A DNA stretch of 32,759 bases from Cytophagales bacterium (GTDB lineage Bacteria; Bacteroidota; Bacteroidia; Cytophagales; Cyclobacteriaceae): assembly GCA_031422215.1 (NCBI GenBank), contig JANOQB010000113.1, positions 1 through 32,759 of the forward strand, read 5' to 3'. This document shows positions 7,252 to 16,782 of this stretch, piece by piece. A program made the position numbers and the translations under genes. Under the pieces are notes generated by a model that had not been told where the DNA came from, made no database searches, and worked only from the letters and a program-made list of their open reading frames with translations. How positions within the stretch are numbered: position 1 is the first letter of the stretch; every line of letters starts with the position of its first letter.

Positions 7252-8589
7252 ATGAAAAAATCAGTTGTTTTTCTTATACTGCTCATCGCGATAAGCGTGC
7301 TGGCAGTATTTATGCCGGCCGTGCCAGGGGCTATCATCACCGAAGGGATCAACTCCGGTGATGTGGCCTGGATGCTGACTGCCACAGCACTGGTGTTGTT
7401 GATGACACCGGGGCTCGCCTATTTCTATGGCGGCATGATCAACACAAAAAACATTATCACCACCATGTTGCAAAGTTTTATTGCCATGGGCGTGATCAGT
7501 GTGCTGTGGATTGTAGTTGGATTCAGCCTGGCCTTTGGAGATTCCATAGGTGGCTTCATCGGTGATCCTACTTCCTTCTTCATGTTCCAGCATGTGCTCG
7601 ATGGAAAACCTTGGTCGTTGGCACCCACCATTCCCTTGGTGTTGTTTGCATTTTTCCAGTTGAAGTTTGCCATCATCACACCGGCACTCATCACGGGCAC
7701 GTTTGCCGAGCGCATCCGCTTTAAGTCGTATATCATCTTTTTGGTGTTGTTCTCTCTCTTTATCTATGCACCCCTTGCGCACATGACCTGGCACCCCGAT
7801 GGATTCCTTTTCAAGTTGGGCGTTCTTGATTTTGCAGGAGGTACCGTAGTGCACATGTCGGCAGGGTTTGCTGCATTGGCTGCTTCTATTTATTTGAGAA
7901 ACAAAGCTGAAGTAAAAGAGGCCATCTCTCCGGCCAACATTCCATTTGTGTTGTTGGGCACTGGGTTGCTTTGGTTCGGATGGTTTGGATTCAATGCAGG
8001 AAGTGCGTTGAGCGCGGGCACGTTGGCAGCTTCTGCATTTGCAACTACCAACACGGCTTCGGCAGCAGCCGGTTTATGTTGGGTATTGATGGATGCAGTT
8101 CGTGGAAAAAAAGCATCGGCCCTTGGTTTCTGTATAGGTGCGGTGGTTGGTCTTGTGGCCATTACGCCAGGTGCAGGGTTTGTTACCATCCCTTCCAGTT
8201 TATTTATAGGAACTATTGCCAGCTTGATCAGTAACGTAGTGGTTCATTGGAAATCCAAAACTTCGTTGGAAGATACACTGGATGTATTTCCCTGTCACGG
8301 AGTAGGTGGTGCGGTGGGCATGGTCATGACTGCTTTGCTGGCCAACACAGCAGTGAACGCAGCGAACACCACCGGCAACGGTTTGTTCTTTGGCGAATTC
8401 AACCTCTTTAAAGTGCACATGATTTCGTTGGCTTTTACACTTGTGTTTATTATTGGAGGTTCCTTCCTGATCTTAAAAATCACTGATTTGATTTCGCCTA
8501 TGGCGGTGAGCAGTGAGGAAAAGAAAGTTGGATCGGACTACAGTCAACATGACCTCCATTCATTCGAATTGAAAAAAGAGGTGGCCTAA
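7252..8589 (+). CDS. amtB: ammonium transporter (Amt family)
   Basis: LMTPGLAYFYGG, DFAGGTVVH, WFGWFGFNAGS, GLVAITP and DVFPCHGVGG motifs. Both pore histidines are present. Confidence 0.96.
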   Translation: MKKSVVFLILLIAISVLAVFMPAVPGAIITEGINSGDVAWMLTATALVLLMTPGLAYFYGGMINTKNIITTMLQSFIAMGVISVLWIVVGFSLAFGDSIGGFIGDPTSFFMFQHVLDGKPWSLAPTIPLVLFAFFQLKFAIITPALITGTFAERIRFKSYIIFLVLFSLFIYAPLAHMTWHPDGFLFKLGVLDFAGGTVVHMSAGFAALAASIYLRNKAEVKEAISPANIPFVLLGTGLLWFGWFGFNAGSALSAGTLAASAFATTNTASAAAGLCWVLMDAVRGKKASALGFCIGAVVGLVAITPGAGFVTIPSSLFIGTIASLISNVVVHWKSKTSLEDTLDVFPCHGVGGAVGMVMTALLANTAVNAANTTGNGLFFGEFNLFKVHMISLAFTLVFIIGGSFLILKITDLISPMAVSSEEKKVGSDYSQHDLHSFELKKEVA

Positions 8590-8602
8590 AAATCACCAAA
8601 GC

Positions 8603-8634
8603 GTTCCGGAGGGTGCGAACTACCCTGCCGGAAC
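8603..8634 (+). promoter_or_regulatory. GC-rich intergenic hairpin between amtB and the porin gene
   Basis: GTTCCGG-AGGGT / ACCCT-G-CCGGAAC stem with no clear U-tract. Confidence 0.5.
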
Positions 8635-8673
8635 CACTTTAGTTTATTGTTTAATAAAAACACATTTAAAATT

Positions 8674-10017
8674 ATGAAAAAAACTTTAATACAAATTTCA
8701 AGATATGGTGCGCTAATGAGTGCATTGCTGTGCGGCTACGTATCGATAGCGCAGGAAACGGTGGTGGCCTCCATTGCAAAACCAGCAGTGAAGGAAGAAA
8801 AAATAGTTACGGAAGGCGATGCGCTGGAAACAAAATTGGAAGAAGAAAAAAAGGAGGCAGAAGAAGGAAAGTTTTCTGTGAGCGGCTACTTAGACACTTA
8901 CTACTTCACCAACTTCAACAATCCCGTTTCGCGCGACAACATGGGGCAGTCTGGTGTGGGCCGTGGGTTTGATAGGCGTGTGGGGCAATTCCAATTGGGC
9001 ATGGTGCAAACTGTGTTCAAATACACCAACAGCAAATCGGAAGTAGTGGCCGACCTTGCCTTTGGCCCCAATGCTCAGTATGGAAATTATGGGAACGTGC
9101 CCGTGATGGCACCTGCCTATGGGTATTCGCTGGGCAACGATACATGGTCTTCGGTGATCATCAAGCAAGCGTATTTCAAATACAATGCCACTGAAAAGTT
9201 GTCGTTTATTGCCGGACAGTTCGGTACGCACATCGGGTATGAATACATCGATGCACCGCTCAATTTTTTCTACTCCATCAACCACACCTTCAATAGCGGC
9301 ATCCCTTTTTATCACACGGGTGTAAAAGCCACGTATGCGTTTAGCGACAAGGTGTCGTTGATGTTGGGTGGTGTAAATGGGTTTGATTACGTGCACGACA
9401 ACAACCGCGCAAAGGGTTTGATAGGCCAACTTACATTGACACCTGCCGAGGGCTTGAGCATTTATTTTAATTATATAAACTCAAACGAATCCAACACCGA
9501 TCCTGCAACAGGAAAAACCCCAGCCGGAAATTTTACAGTGTATGATTTGAATGGCGGATATCAGGCAAGTGAAAAACTTTTCCTCGGCTATTGGGTCATG
9601 TATGGAAAACAGAAAGGCACTTTGGGTGCTCCCGGAACATTCGTACCTGCCGATGGCAATGTGGATGAAGTGAAGAATTGGTATGGTGCCAATCTCTATC
9701 TTACCTACGCCTTCTCCGATGTTTTCAGTTTGGGTTTCAGGGGCGAATATTTCGATAACAAATCGGGGGCGAGAGGGCTGAGAAACATTGATACAGATGG
9801 CCAGGCCATTGGTGCCTCGGTGAGCACATACACCCTGACGGGCTCGTTTACGCTTGCCGATGGACATCTCATATTGAAACCAGAACTGAGATCGGATGTG
9901 TTCAACAAATTGGCCGGTGCCGGCAACGAACAATCGCAACAGTTCATGGATTCCAAAGGAGATTTTACCAAGAACGGGCAGACCACACTCGGCATGGCAG
10001 CGATCTATAAATTTTAA
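8674..10017 (+). CDS. outer-membrane beta-barrel porin (BBP2/OmpL-like, amt-associated)
   Basis: Signal peptide ending SIA-Q. SGYLDTYY, VADLAFGP, IKQAY, GQFGTHIGYEYID..LNFFYS and PFYHTG motifs. C-terminal YKF beta-signal. Confidence 0.85.
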   Translation: MKKTLIQISRYGALMSALLCGYVSIAQETVVASIAKPAVKEEKIVTEGDALETKLEEEKKEAEEGKFSVSGYLDTYYFTNFNNPVSRDNMGQSGVGRGFDRRVGQFQLGMVQTVFKYTNSKSEVVADLAFGPNAQYGNYGNVPVMAPAYGYSLGNDTWSSVIIKQAYFKYNATEKLSFIAGQFGTHIGYEYIDAPLNFFYSINHTFNSGIPFYHTGVKATYAFSDKVSLMLGGVNGFDYVHDNNRAKGLIGQLTLTPAEGLSIYFNYINSNESNTDPATGKTPAGNFTVYDLNGGYQASEKLFLGYWVMYGKQKGTLGAPGTFVPADGNVDEVKNWYGANLYLTYAFSDVFSLGFRGEYFDNKSGARGLRNIDTDGQAIGASVSTYTLTGSFTLADGHLILKPELRSDVFNKLAGAGNEQSQQFMDSKGDFTKNGQTTLGMAAIYKF

Positions 10018-10068
10018 TGAGGGGGAGTTAAAATTCGTCTCGTTAACAACAAGGGGTTTTAGAGTGAA

Positions 10069-10097
10069 GGGGGGGCAAAAGCCTCCTCTTTTTTTTT
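10069..10097 (+). terminator. intrinsic terminator of amtB-porin
   Basis: GGGGGGGC-AAAA-GCCTCCTC followed by T9. Confidence 0.8.
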
Positions 10098-10159
10098 GCT
10101 GTGTTGGAAATTTATTATTCATTCAGTTTGTGATTTACTTTGTGTGCAACATTGGAAAT

Positions 10160-11896
10160 ATGCTGAAGACCAGTTTGCTCCTTATTGCCAGTATTTGCAT
10201 GGGTTCGTTCACCCTCCTGGCCCAAAACAGACTTCCTGCCTTTGAAATGAATGAGCGACTTGGCAGAGGCATTAACATGGGAAACAGTTTTGAAGCTCCC
10301 TCAGAAACAGAATGGGGAAATCCCTGGAAGCCCGAGTATTTCAAGATCATATCTCAACTGGGGTTTAAACACGTTCGCCTACCGGTGCGCTGGGAGCCGA
10401 TAGATCGCAGTATGGCTTCATCCCCATACACTGTTAGTCCGTCATTTCTGAATCGCATTAAACAAGTGATAGATTCGGCATTCAAGTACAATCTGCACAT
10501 CATCATCAATATGCATCATCACGAAGCGTTGTATGAGGACCCGACAGCACAGAAGGCTCGGTTTTTATCTCAGTGGCGCCAGATTGCAGACCACTTCAAA
10601 AATTATCCCGATAAATTGTTGTTTGAGGTTTTGAACGAGCCGCACGGCAACCTAACGCCAACCCTCTGGAACGAATATTTTGCTGATGCCCTGAAGGAAA
10701 TAAGAAAGACCAATCCAACCCGCATAGTTTTAATGGGTGTGGCCGAATATGGCGGCTTGAGTGGTATTGCCCAACTTGTGCTTCCGAATGATGAGTACAT
10801 AATCCTTTCGCCCCATTATTACAATCCATTCAACTTCACGCATCAAGGTGCGGAATGGGTTGCAGGGGCCAATATGTGGTTGGGCACCGAATGGCTGGAC
10901 ACAGAGGCCGATCGGGAAACTGTGGCCAGCGACTTTAATTATGCCCTTCAGTTTTCTACCGTAAACCATATTCCCATTCATATAGGAGAGTTTGGCGCTT
11001 ATGGAAAGGCAGACAACGAATCGCGCTCGCGGTGGACAACGTTCCTGTCTCGGTGGTTCGAAGAGAAGAAAATGAGTTGGGCTTATTGGGAATTCAGTGC
11101 AGGGTTTGGGATTTATAATCCAACCACAAAAATTTTTGCAACAGCATTGACAGATGCCCTTTTGAATAACAAATTATCAGATCCAACAGCGGTAATTGCC
11201 ACACCGATTTATACGGGCGATTTTTCGAGTGGAAGTGACGGATGGTTTCTGGCCACACAAGGCGGTGCATCGGGGACACATACAACATCAGCAGGAAAAC
11301 TAAACGTTTCAATCTCCCATGGCGGCACCGAAATGTGGCATATTCAATTGGTAAAAAATAACATTGCCCTTCACAAAGATAAACTCTACCGAATTTCATT
11401 TAAAGCAAAAGCTGCTGCCGACCGAAGTGCCACCTTTTATGCTGGTAGAGCCGGAAGTCCTTGGGATGCCTATAGCGGATACAACGGGATAAGTATTGGC
11501 ACGCAGGAATCTAAGTATGTATTTTCCTTTACGATGAAGGCGTCAACAGATTTGACCTCGCGGTTGGTGTTTGATTTAGGGAAGAGTACAACAGGGATAA
11601 CCCTTTCCGAAGTTAACGTAGAGGAACTTAAAATTATGATTACCAAAGTTGAGGGAAAAGATTTTGAATCACGCGTAGAAGTTTACCCAAACCCGGTGAC
11701 CCAAATTCTTTATTTCAAAGAACAGCATCAATATCTCGAAGCACAACTATATGACATGAAAGGAAGACTTTGGGAAACGTTTAGTATCACACAAGAGACC
11801 CCTTCGATTAGTTTGGAAACCATACCTAGAGGCCTCTATATACTTAAACTCTCGGGTGTCGATTTGAATAACACTATCAAAATCATAAAGGAGTAA
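10160..11896 (+). CDS. T9SS-secreted GH5 endoglucanase (GH5_25-like) with a CBM4/9-type module
   Basis: Signal peptide from ATG 10160. GINMGNSFEAP, LFEVLNEP (acid/base), HYYNPFNFTHQGAEWV, IGEFGAY (nucleophile) and WAYWEF. CBM-like WHIQL..YRISFKAKA..RLVFDLG. CTD VYPNPV..GLYILKL..KIIKE. Confidence 0.92.
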   Translation: MLKTSLLLIASICMGSFTLLAQNRLPAFEMNERLGRGINMGNSFEAPSETEWGNPWKPEYFKIISQLGFKHVRLPVRWEPIDRSMASSPYTVSPSFLNRIKQVIDSAFKYNLHIIINMHHHEALYEDPTAQKARFLSQWRQIADHFKNYPDKLLFEVLNEPHGNLTPTLWNEYFADALKEIRKTNPTRIVLMGVAEYGGLSGIAQLVLPNDEYIILSPHYYNPFNFTHQGAEWVAGANMWLGTEWLDTEADRETVASDFNYALQFSTVNHIPIHIGEFGAYGKADNESRSRWTTFLSRWFEEKKMSWAYWEFSAGFGIYNPTTKIFATALTDALLNNKLSDPTAVIATPIYTGDFSSGSDGWFLATQGGASGTHTTSAGKLNVSISHGGTEMWHIQLVKNNIALHKDKLYRISFKAKAAADRSATFYAGRAGSPWDAYSGYNGISIGTQESKYVFSFTMKASTDLTSRLVFDLGKSTTGITLSEVNVEELKIMITKVEGKDFESRVEVYPNPVTQILYFKEQHQYLEAQLYDMKGRLWETFSITQETPSISLETIPRGLYILKLSGVDLNNTIKIIKE

Positions 11897-11966
11897 TACC
11901 TTTTGGCCAAATCAAAGTTGAGAATCATAAAATCGACCCTAAGGTTTTACAACCCGTTAGTTTTAT

Positions 11967-11974
11967 TACTTTTG
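11967..11974 (+). promoter_or_regulatory. Bacteroidota -7 promoter box
   Basis: TACTTTTG lies about 67 nt upstream of the desaturase-family ATG. Confidence 0.55.
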
Positions 11975-12041
11975 TTGCCTTACTAATTCCTATTATCCTA
12001 AGTGGGAATTAAAATCCGTAAACCTAAATCCCAAATCAAAC

Positions 12042-13301
12042 ATGGAAGCCTACGGTAAAATACTTCTAATAGCCATGCCTGCGTTTTTGTTGCTGGTGCT
12101 GTTCGAAAAATGGTGGGGCTGGCATAAAGGCAACGACACGGTGCCCATCAACGACATGATTTCAAGTTTGAGTTCGGGCATCACCAACGCAACCAAAGAT
12201 GTGCTGGGTTTGAGTGTGGCCATCATCTCGTATGGATGGCTTGTAGAGAAAGTTGCAATTACCCACATCCAATCTGGTTGGCTTACTTATGTGGTGGCGT
12301 TTATCGCTCTGGATTTTGCTGGCTACTGGGTGCACCGCATTTCGCATGAATACAATTTGTTTTGGAACAACCATATCATCCATCACAGTAGTGAAGAGTT
12401 CAATCTTGCCTGTGCCTTGCGCCAAAGCATTTCTTCCATCGTGCGCATCTTTGCCATTTTCTTGTTGCCGGCCGCTTTGTTGGGTGTGCCACAGCAAGTG
12501 ATCGCCATCGTGGCACCATTGCATTTGTTTGCCCAGTTCTGGTATCACACCCAGCACATTGGCAAAATGGGTTTTCTAGAGCATATCATTGTCACCCCTT
12601 CGCACCATCGGGTGCACCATGCCATCAACTCCATTTATCTCGACCGGAATTACTCGCAGATATTTATTATCTGGGATAAACTCTTCGGCACTTTTCAGCA
12701 AGAGCTCGCAGATGTTCCCCCTGTCTATGGCGTAACGCGGCCCGTGCAAACGTGGAACCCCATCAAAATAAATTTCATGCACCTGTGGTTGCTCATCAAA
12801 GATGCCTGGCGCGCACAGCGCGTATGGGATAAACTGCGGATTTGGTTTATGCCACTGGGTTGGCGGCCAGCCGATGTGGCGAAAAATTATCCGGTTTATA
12901 AGATCACGGACGTAAACAATTTTGAAAAGTATAACCCAACAATTTCTCCCTCGCTGTTGGCTTGGTGCTGGGTTCAAATGTTTATGGTGTTGCTTTTCAT
13001 CAGCTACTTGTTTGGCAACATTGCCGCCATTGGCTTGCCCAACATGTTTTTATACGGTGCCTTTGTTTTCCTTTGTGTGTATGCCTACACCGAGGTGTTG
13101 GACGGAAACAAGTTTGCCTGGCTTTGGGAAATTTTTAAAAACGCAGTTGGGATTTATATCATCCTTTGGCAAGGCGATTGGTTCGGCCTTGGCAAGTATG
13201 TGAGTGGGATGCAGTGGGTGTTGCTTGTTTATTTTGTTCTGTCCTCTATAATTACCTACGGATTGGTATTTCAACGGGCGAAACATGTAGAAGCCAATTG
13301 A
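12042..13301 (+). CDS. sterol desaturase / fatty-acid hydroxylase family protein, alkylglycerol monooxygenase (AGMO)-like
   Basis: Di-iron His boxes HRISH, HIIHH, QFWYH and HHRVHH. Also HHSSEEFNL..ALRQS, NY..IFIIWDKLFGTF and a hydrophobic C-terminal extension. Confidence 0.9.
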   Translation: MEAYGKILLIAMPAFLLLVLFEKWWGWHKGNDTVPINDMISSLSSGITNATKDVLGLSVAIISYGWLVEKVAITHIQSGWLTYVVAFIALDFAGYWVHRISHEYNLFWNNHIIHHSSEEFNLACALRQSISSIVRIFAIFLLPAALLGVPQQVIAIVAPLHLFAQFWYHTQHIGKMGFLEHIIVTPSHHRVHHAINSIYLDRNYSQIFIIWDKLFGTFQQELADVPPVYGVTRPVQTWNPIKINFMHLWLLIKDAWRAQRVWDKLRIWFMPLGWRPADVAKNYPVYKITDVNNFEKYNPTISPSLLAWCWVQMFMVLLFISYLFGNIAAIGLPNMFLYGAFVFLCVYAYTEVLDGNKFAWLWEIFKNAVGIYIILWQGDWFGLGKYVSGMQWVLLVYFVLSSIITYGLVFQRAKHVEAN

Positions 13302-13312
13302 GATTTAGGATC

Positions 13313-15574
13313 ATGGAAGACTTCCTTGCGGCAGCGGCCCGGTTTATCAACACTACGTCAGGCCACATTTTTTTAACAGGCAAGGCGGGCACGGGCAAGA
13401 CAACGTTTCTCAAAAACCTCGGTAACATCACTCACAAGACACACATTGTAGTGGCACCCACTGGCATTGCAGCTTTGAACGCAGGCGGTGTCACCATCCA
13501 TTCACAATTCTTGTTGCCGCCCCTGACTTTTTTGCCCGACCGCTTTTTGCCTGACGATTTTGCCCAAAGCGGAAGGATCATCAACCAAAATGTGCTGGCC
13601 CACAAGCATCCGCTCAACAGTGCGCGCAAGCAGGTGCTCCGTTCCATCGACTTGCTGGTGATTGACGAGGTGAGCATGTTGCGTGCCGACCTGCTGGATG
13701 CCATTGACTATCGCATGAAAGCGGCCCGCGGAAATTTCAGGCAAAGTTTTGGCGGGGCACAAGTGTTGTTCATTGGCGACCTGTATCAATTGCCACCGGT
13801 GGTAAGAAACGAGGAGCAGGAATTCCTTGGCCGCTATTATAAAAGTGCCTGGTTCTACGAAGCAAAAGCACTGCAAGAGGACACGCTGGTTTACATTGAA
13901 CTGGATAAAATTTTCCGGCAGCACGACCCCGTGTTTATTGATATACTGAACAACCTGCGCAACAACACAACAACACCGCAGGACATTGAAACGCTGAACG
14001 GACATTTTAAAACAGCCGAGGAGATTAGTGCTCTGAAGGAGGTGATAACCCTTACCACACACAACTACAAAGCGGATGAACTGAACCAAAAAGAACTGAG
14101 GACACTACCTGCAACCTCGCATTTTTTCGAAGCCACCGTTGAAGATGATTTCCCCGAAAGCATGTATCCGGTAACGGCCCGGTTGGAACTAAAGGAAGGT
14201 GCTCAGATCATGTTCATCCGCAACGACACCACTGAAGACAAAAAATATTTCAACGGAAAACTCGCCACGATAAAAAAAATTTCAAAAGGTGAAATTTGGG
14301 TGGAGATGAGTGGCACGCACGAACAGTACCTACTAAGGCGCGAGCGATGGGAGAATAAAAAATACACGGTGCAGGCAGCCACACACGACCTGGACGAGGA
14401 AGTGATTGGTTCCTTTGAACAATATCCGGTGAAACTCGCCTGGGCCATTACCGTGCACAAAAGCCAGGGCCTTACGTTCGACAAAGCAATCATTGATGTG
14501 GGCCAGGCATTTGCCGGTGGCCAGGTGTATGTGGCCTTGTCGCGGCTGCGCTCGTTGGAGGGCCTCGTGTTGCGCACCCGCATTCATCCTTCGGTGATCA
14601 GCACTGACAAATTGGTGGCCGATTTTACGCAAGCCAATAATTTACCAGGCCAGCTTGGTGAAGTGATGGCGACACGGCAACGGATTTTCCTTCAACAGAT
14701 ACTTGGAAATACGTTTGATTTCACATCCCTGACAAAGGATATAAAATACGTGCAGAAAGACCAACTTGAGGAAGGGTTTGGTGAAGCGACCATGAAGCCC
14801 GTGCTCACTCAAATCATTGAATCGCTGGAATCCGAACGCATAAACACAGAAAAATTCAGGCGGCAATTGAACGACTTGCTCGCAACAGGAAATCATCAGC
14901 AGTTGATGGAACGCATTGTAAAAGGCGGCACCTATTACCGTACATTTCTTTTCGGCAACATCCGGTTGCTGCTTGCGCATCTTGAATCGATTAAAATGCA
15001 AAAGCGCGTGAAGGCGTATGTGAACCAACTGACGGAATTGGATCTGGCATTGGGAAAAAAATTGGAGGAGGTGGACAAAGTGCTGCTGTTGGCCGATGGC
15101 ATATTGCAAGGACATACCAAATTTGAGTTTGCCCCGCTTACTAAACAACGATTGGACGAGCGCACCGCCCTGCTGGCCGAAATAAGAAAAAGTCAGGCAG
15201 GCATCCGTGTATCCGATGCACCAGCCCGCAAGCGAAAGGGTACCAAATCCAAAAAAAAAGCAAATGAGCCCAGTACGTTTGACATCACGGTGGACATGAT
15301 CAACACGGGCATGACCGTAGAGGAAATCGCCAAAAAGCGCGAGTTGGTGGCAGGCACCATTGAAAGCCACCTTGCTAAAGCAGTGGAGGAAGGCCGTGTG
15401 AGTATTTTTAAATTCATGGATGAAGGAAGCGTTATGGAAATCATCAACACACAACGCGAACTGCCCGAAGGATCGACATCCAAGGAGTTGTACGAAAAAT
15501 TGAACGGCAAATTTGGCTACGGCCAACTGCGTGCCGCTATGGCGCATGCGAAGAAAAGTGCGGCATCGGAGTAG
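13313..15574 (+). CDS. PIF1/RecD-like SF1B helicase with a C-terminal helix-turn-helix domain
   Basis: IFLTGKAGTGKTT, APTGIAA, IDEVSM, GDLYQLPPV, LAWAITVHKSQGLT and GQVYVALSR. C-terminal EEIAKKREL..GTIESHL. Start is ATG 13313. Confidence 0.92.
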   Translation: MEDFLAAAARFINTTSGHIFLTGKAGTGKTTFLKNLGNITHKTHIVVAPTGIAALNAGGVTIHSQFLLPPLTFLPDRFLPDDFAQSGRIINQNVLAHKHPLNSARKQVLRSIDLLVIDEVSMLRADLLDAIDYRMKAARGNFRQSFGGAQVLFIGDLYQLPPVVRNEEQEFLGRYYKSAWFYEAKALQEDTLVYIELDKIFRQHDPVFIDILNNLRNNTTTPQDIETLNGHFKTAEEISALKEVITLTTHNYKADELNQKELRTLPATSHFFEATVEDDFPESMYPVTARLELKEGAQIMFIRNDTTEDKKYFNGKLATIKKISKGEIWVEMSGTHEQYLLRRERWENKKYTVQAATHDLDEEVIGSFEQYPVKLAWAITVHKSQGLTFDKAIIDVGQAFAGGQVYVALSRLRSLEGLVLRTRIHPSVISTDKLVADFTQANNLPGQLGEVMATRQRIFLQQILGNTFDFTSLTKDIKYVQKDQLEEGFGEATMKPVLTQIIESLESERINTEKFRRQLNDLLATGNHQQLMERIVKGGTYYRTFLFGNIRLLLAHLESIKMQKRVKAYVNQLTELDLALGKKLEEVDKVLLLADGILQGHTKFEFAPLTKQRLDERTALLAEIRKSQAGIRVSDAPARKRKGTKSKKKANEPSTFDITVDMINTGMTVEEIAKKRELVAGTIESHLAKAVEEGRVSIFKFMDEGSVMEIINTQRELPEGSTSKELYEKLNGKFGYGQLRAAMAHAKKSAASE

Positions 15575-15759
15575 GATCATTCCAAAAACGTGACTGATTG
15601 TGAGGTTCGATGTGCGTAGTAAATCAACAGACAGTGTAAAAAGTTGGCCGCAGATATAAGCATTTCACCGCTGATTTACGTTTTGGTAAAATTATTGGCA
15701 TTTGATATAACCTTGCCGATCGCTTTTTGGTATCTTTACGAAAGTATTACAATCCCGGC

Positions 15760-15945
15760 ATGAACATTATCAGAAGTTGGAGAGAGCAAAAAATTTTACT
15801 GAAACGGATGTTTCCCATCTTACGTGATGAAGATTTTTTATTGGAAGATGGAGGAATGGAAAAAGTATTGAAGGTATTGCAGGTGAAACTGAACAAGTCC
15901 GAAACTGAATTGGAGTTGCTTTTGGCCGAACTCCAAACCTATTGA
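15760..15945 (+). CDS. CsbD-like general stress protein
   Basis: 61 aa with a W.EQK..LK..F..L.DEDF..E.G......LQ.KL.KS..EL pattern typical of the CsbD family. Confidence 0.65.
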   Translation: MNIIRSWREQKILLKRMFPILRDEDFLLEDGGMEKVLKVLQVKLNKSETELELLLAELQTY

Positions 15946-15961
15946 CCAGCTGCTTTTTGCT

Positions 15962-16777
15962 TTAAATTTTCTTCGCCTTCTCCCAATATTCATCCATCTC
16001 CGCCAACGACATTTCCCCCATCTTTTTTCCATCCTTGGCCGATTCCGTTTCTAAGTATTGAAACCGCTTGATGAATTTTTTATTCGTTCGCTCCAACGCT
16101 TCTTCCGGATCGATGTTGATGAAGCGTGCATAATTCACCAGGGAGAAAAGCAAGTCGCCAAACTCGGCAAGTGCTTTTCCTTTATCGATCGCTTCGTCCG
16201 ATTCCACGTTGAACTCGCTTTTGAATTCTTCCATTTCCTCCTCCACCTTTTGCCACACTTGCTCTTTCTTCTCCCAATCAAAACCCACACCACGGGCCTT
16301 GTCTTGTATGCGTATGGCTTTGACCAGGGCAGGCAACGAGGTGGGCACACCTTCCAGCACCGATTTATTTCCCGTTCGCAATTTTATTTTTTCCCAGTTT
16401 TCTTTCACGGTTTTTTCATCGGTGGCCACTACATCGCCATACACGTGTGGATGCCGTTCGATCAATTTTTCGCAAATGGAATTCAACACATCGGCCATGT
16501 CAAATGCCTTCATCTCGCTGGCAATGCGCGCATAAAAAACATTGTGGAGCATGAGGTCGCCAAGTTCTTTTTTTATCTCGGGCAGGTTGCCATCCAAAAT
16601 GGAATCCGAGAGTTCATACGTTTCTTCAATGGTAAGGTGGCGCAGTGTTTCAAGCGTTTGCTTTCTGTCCCACGGGCAATTTTCGCGCAGCTCGTCCATC
16701 ACGGTAAGCAGCCGGTCGAAGGCTTTCAATTTAGCTTCGCGGTTTAGGTCAGGAGAGGAGAATGGCTTTTTATTCAT
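15962..16777 (-). CDS. mazG: nucleoside triphosphate pyrophosphohydrolase MazG
   Basis: CPWDRKQT, EETYEL, ELGDL, KLIERHPHVYG, EFGDLLFS and KFIKRF. Tandem MazG domains. Confidence 0.97.
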   Translation of the reverse strand: MNKKPFSSPDLNREAKLKAFDRLLTVMDELRENCPWDRKQTLETLRHLTIEETYELSDSILDGNLPEIKKELGDLMLHNVFYARIASEMKAFDMADVLNSICEKLIERHPHVYGDVVATDEKTVKENWEKIKLRTGNKSVLEGVPTSLPALVKAIRIQDKARGVGFDWEKKEQVWQKVEEEMEEFKSEFNVESDEAIDKGKALAEFGDLLFSLVNYARFINIDPEEALERTNKKFIKRFQYLETESAKDGKKMGEMSLAEMDEYWEKAKKI

Positions 16778-16782
16778 CGGTT

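Noticed and set aside
13313-16777. Helicase plus MazG as an anti-phage defence locus
   Set aside because: The genes are convergent, MazG is the ordinary tandem-domain housekeeping type, and no defence-island context is visible.
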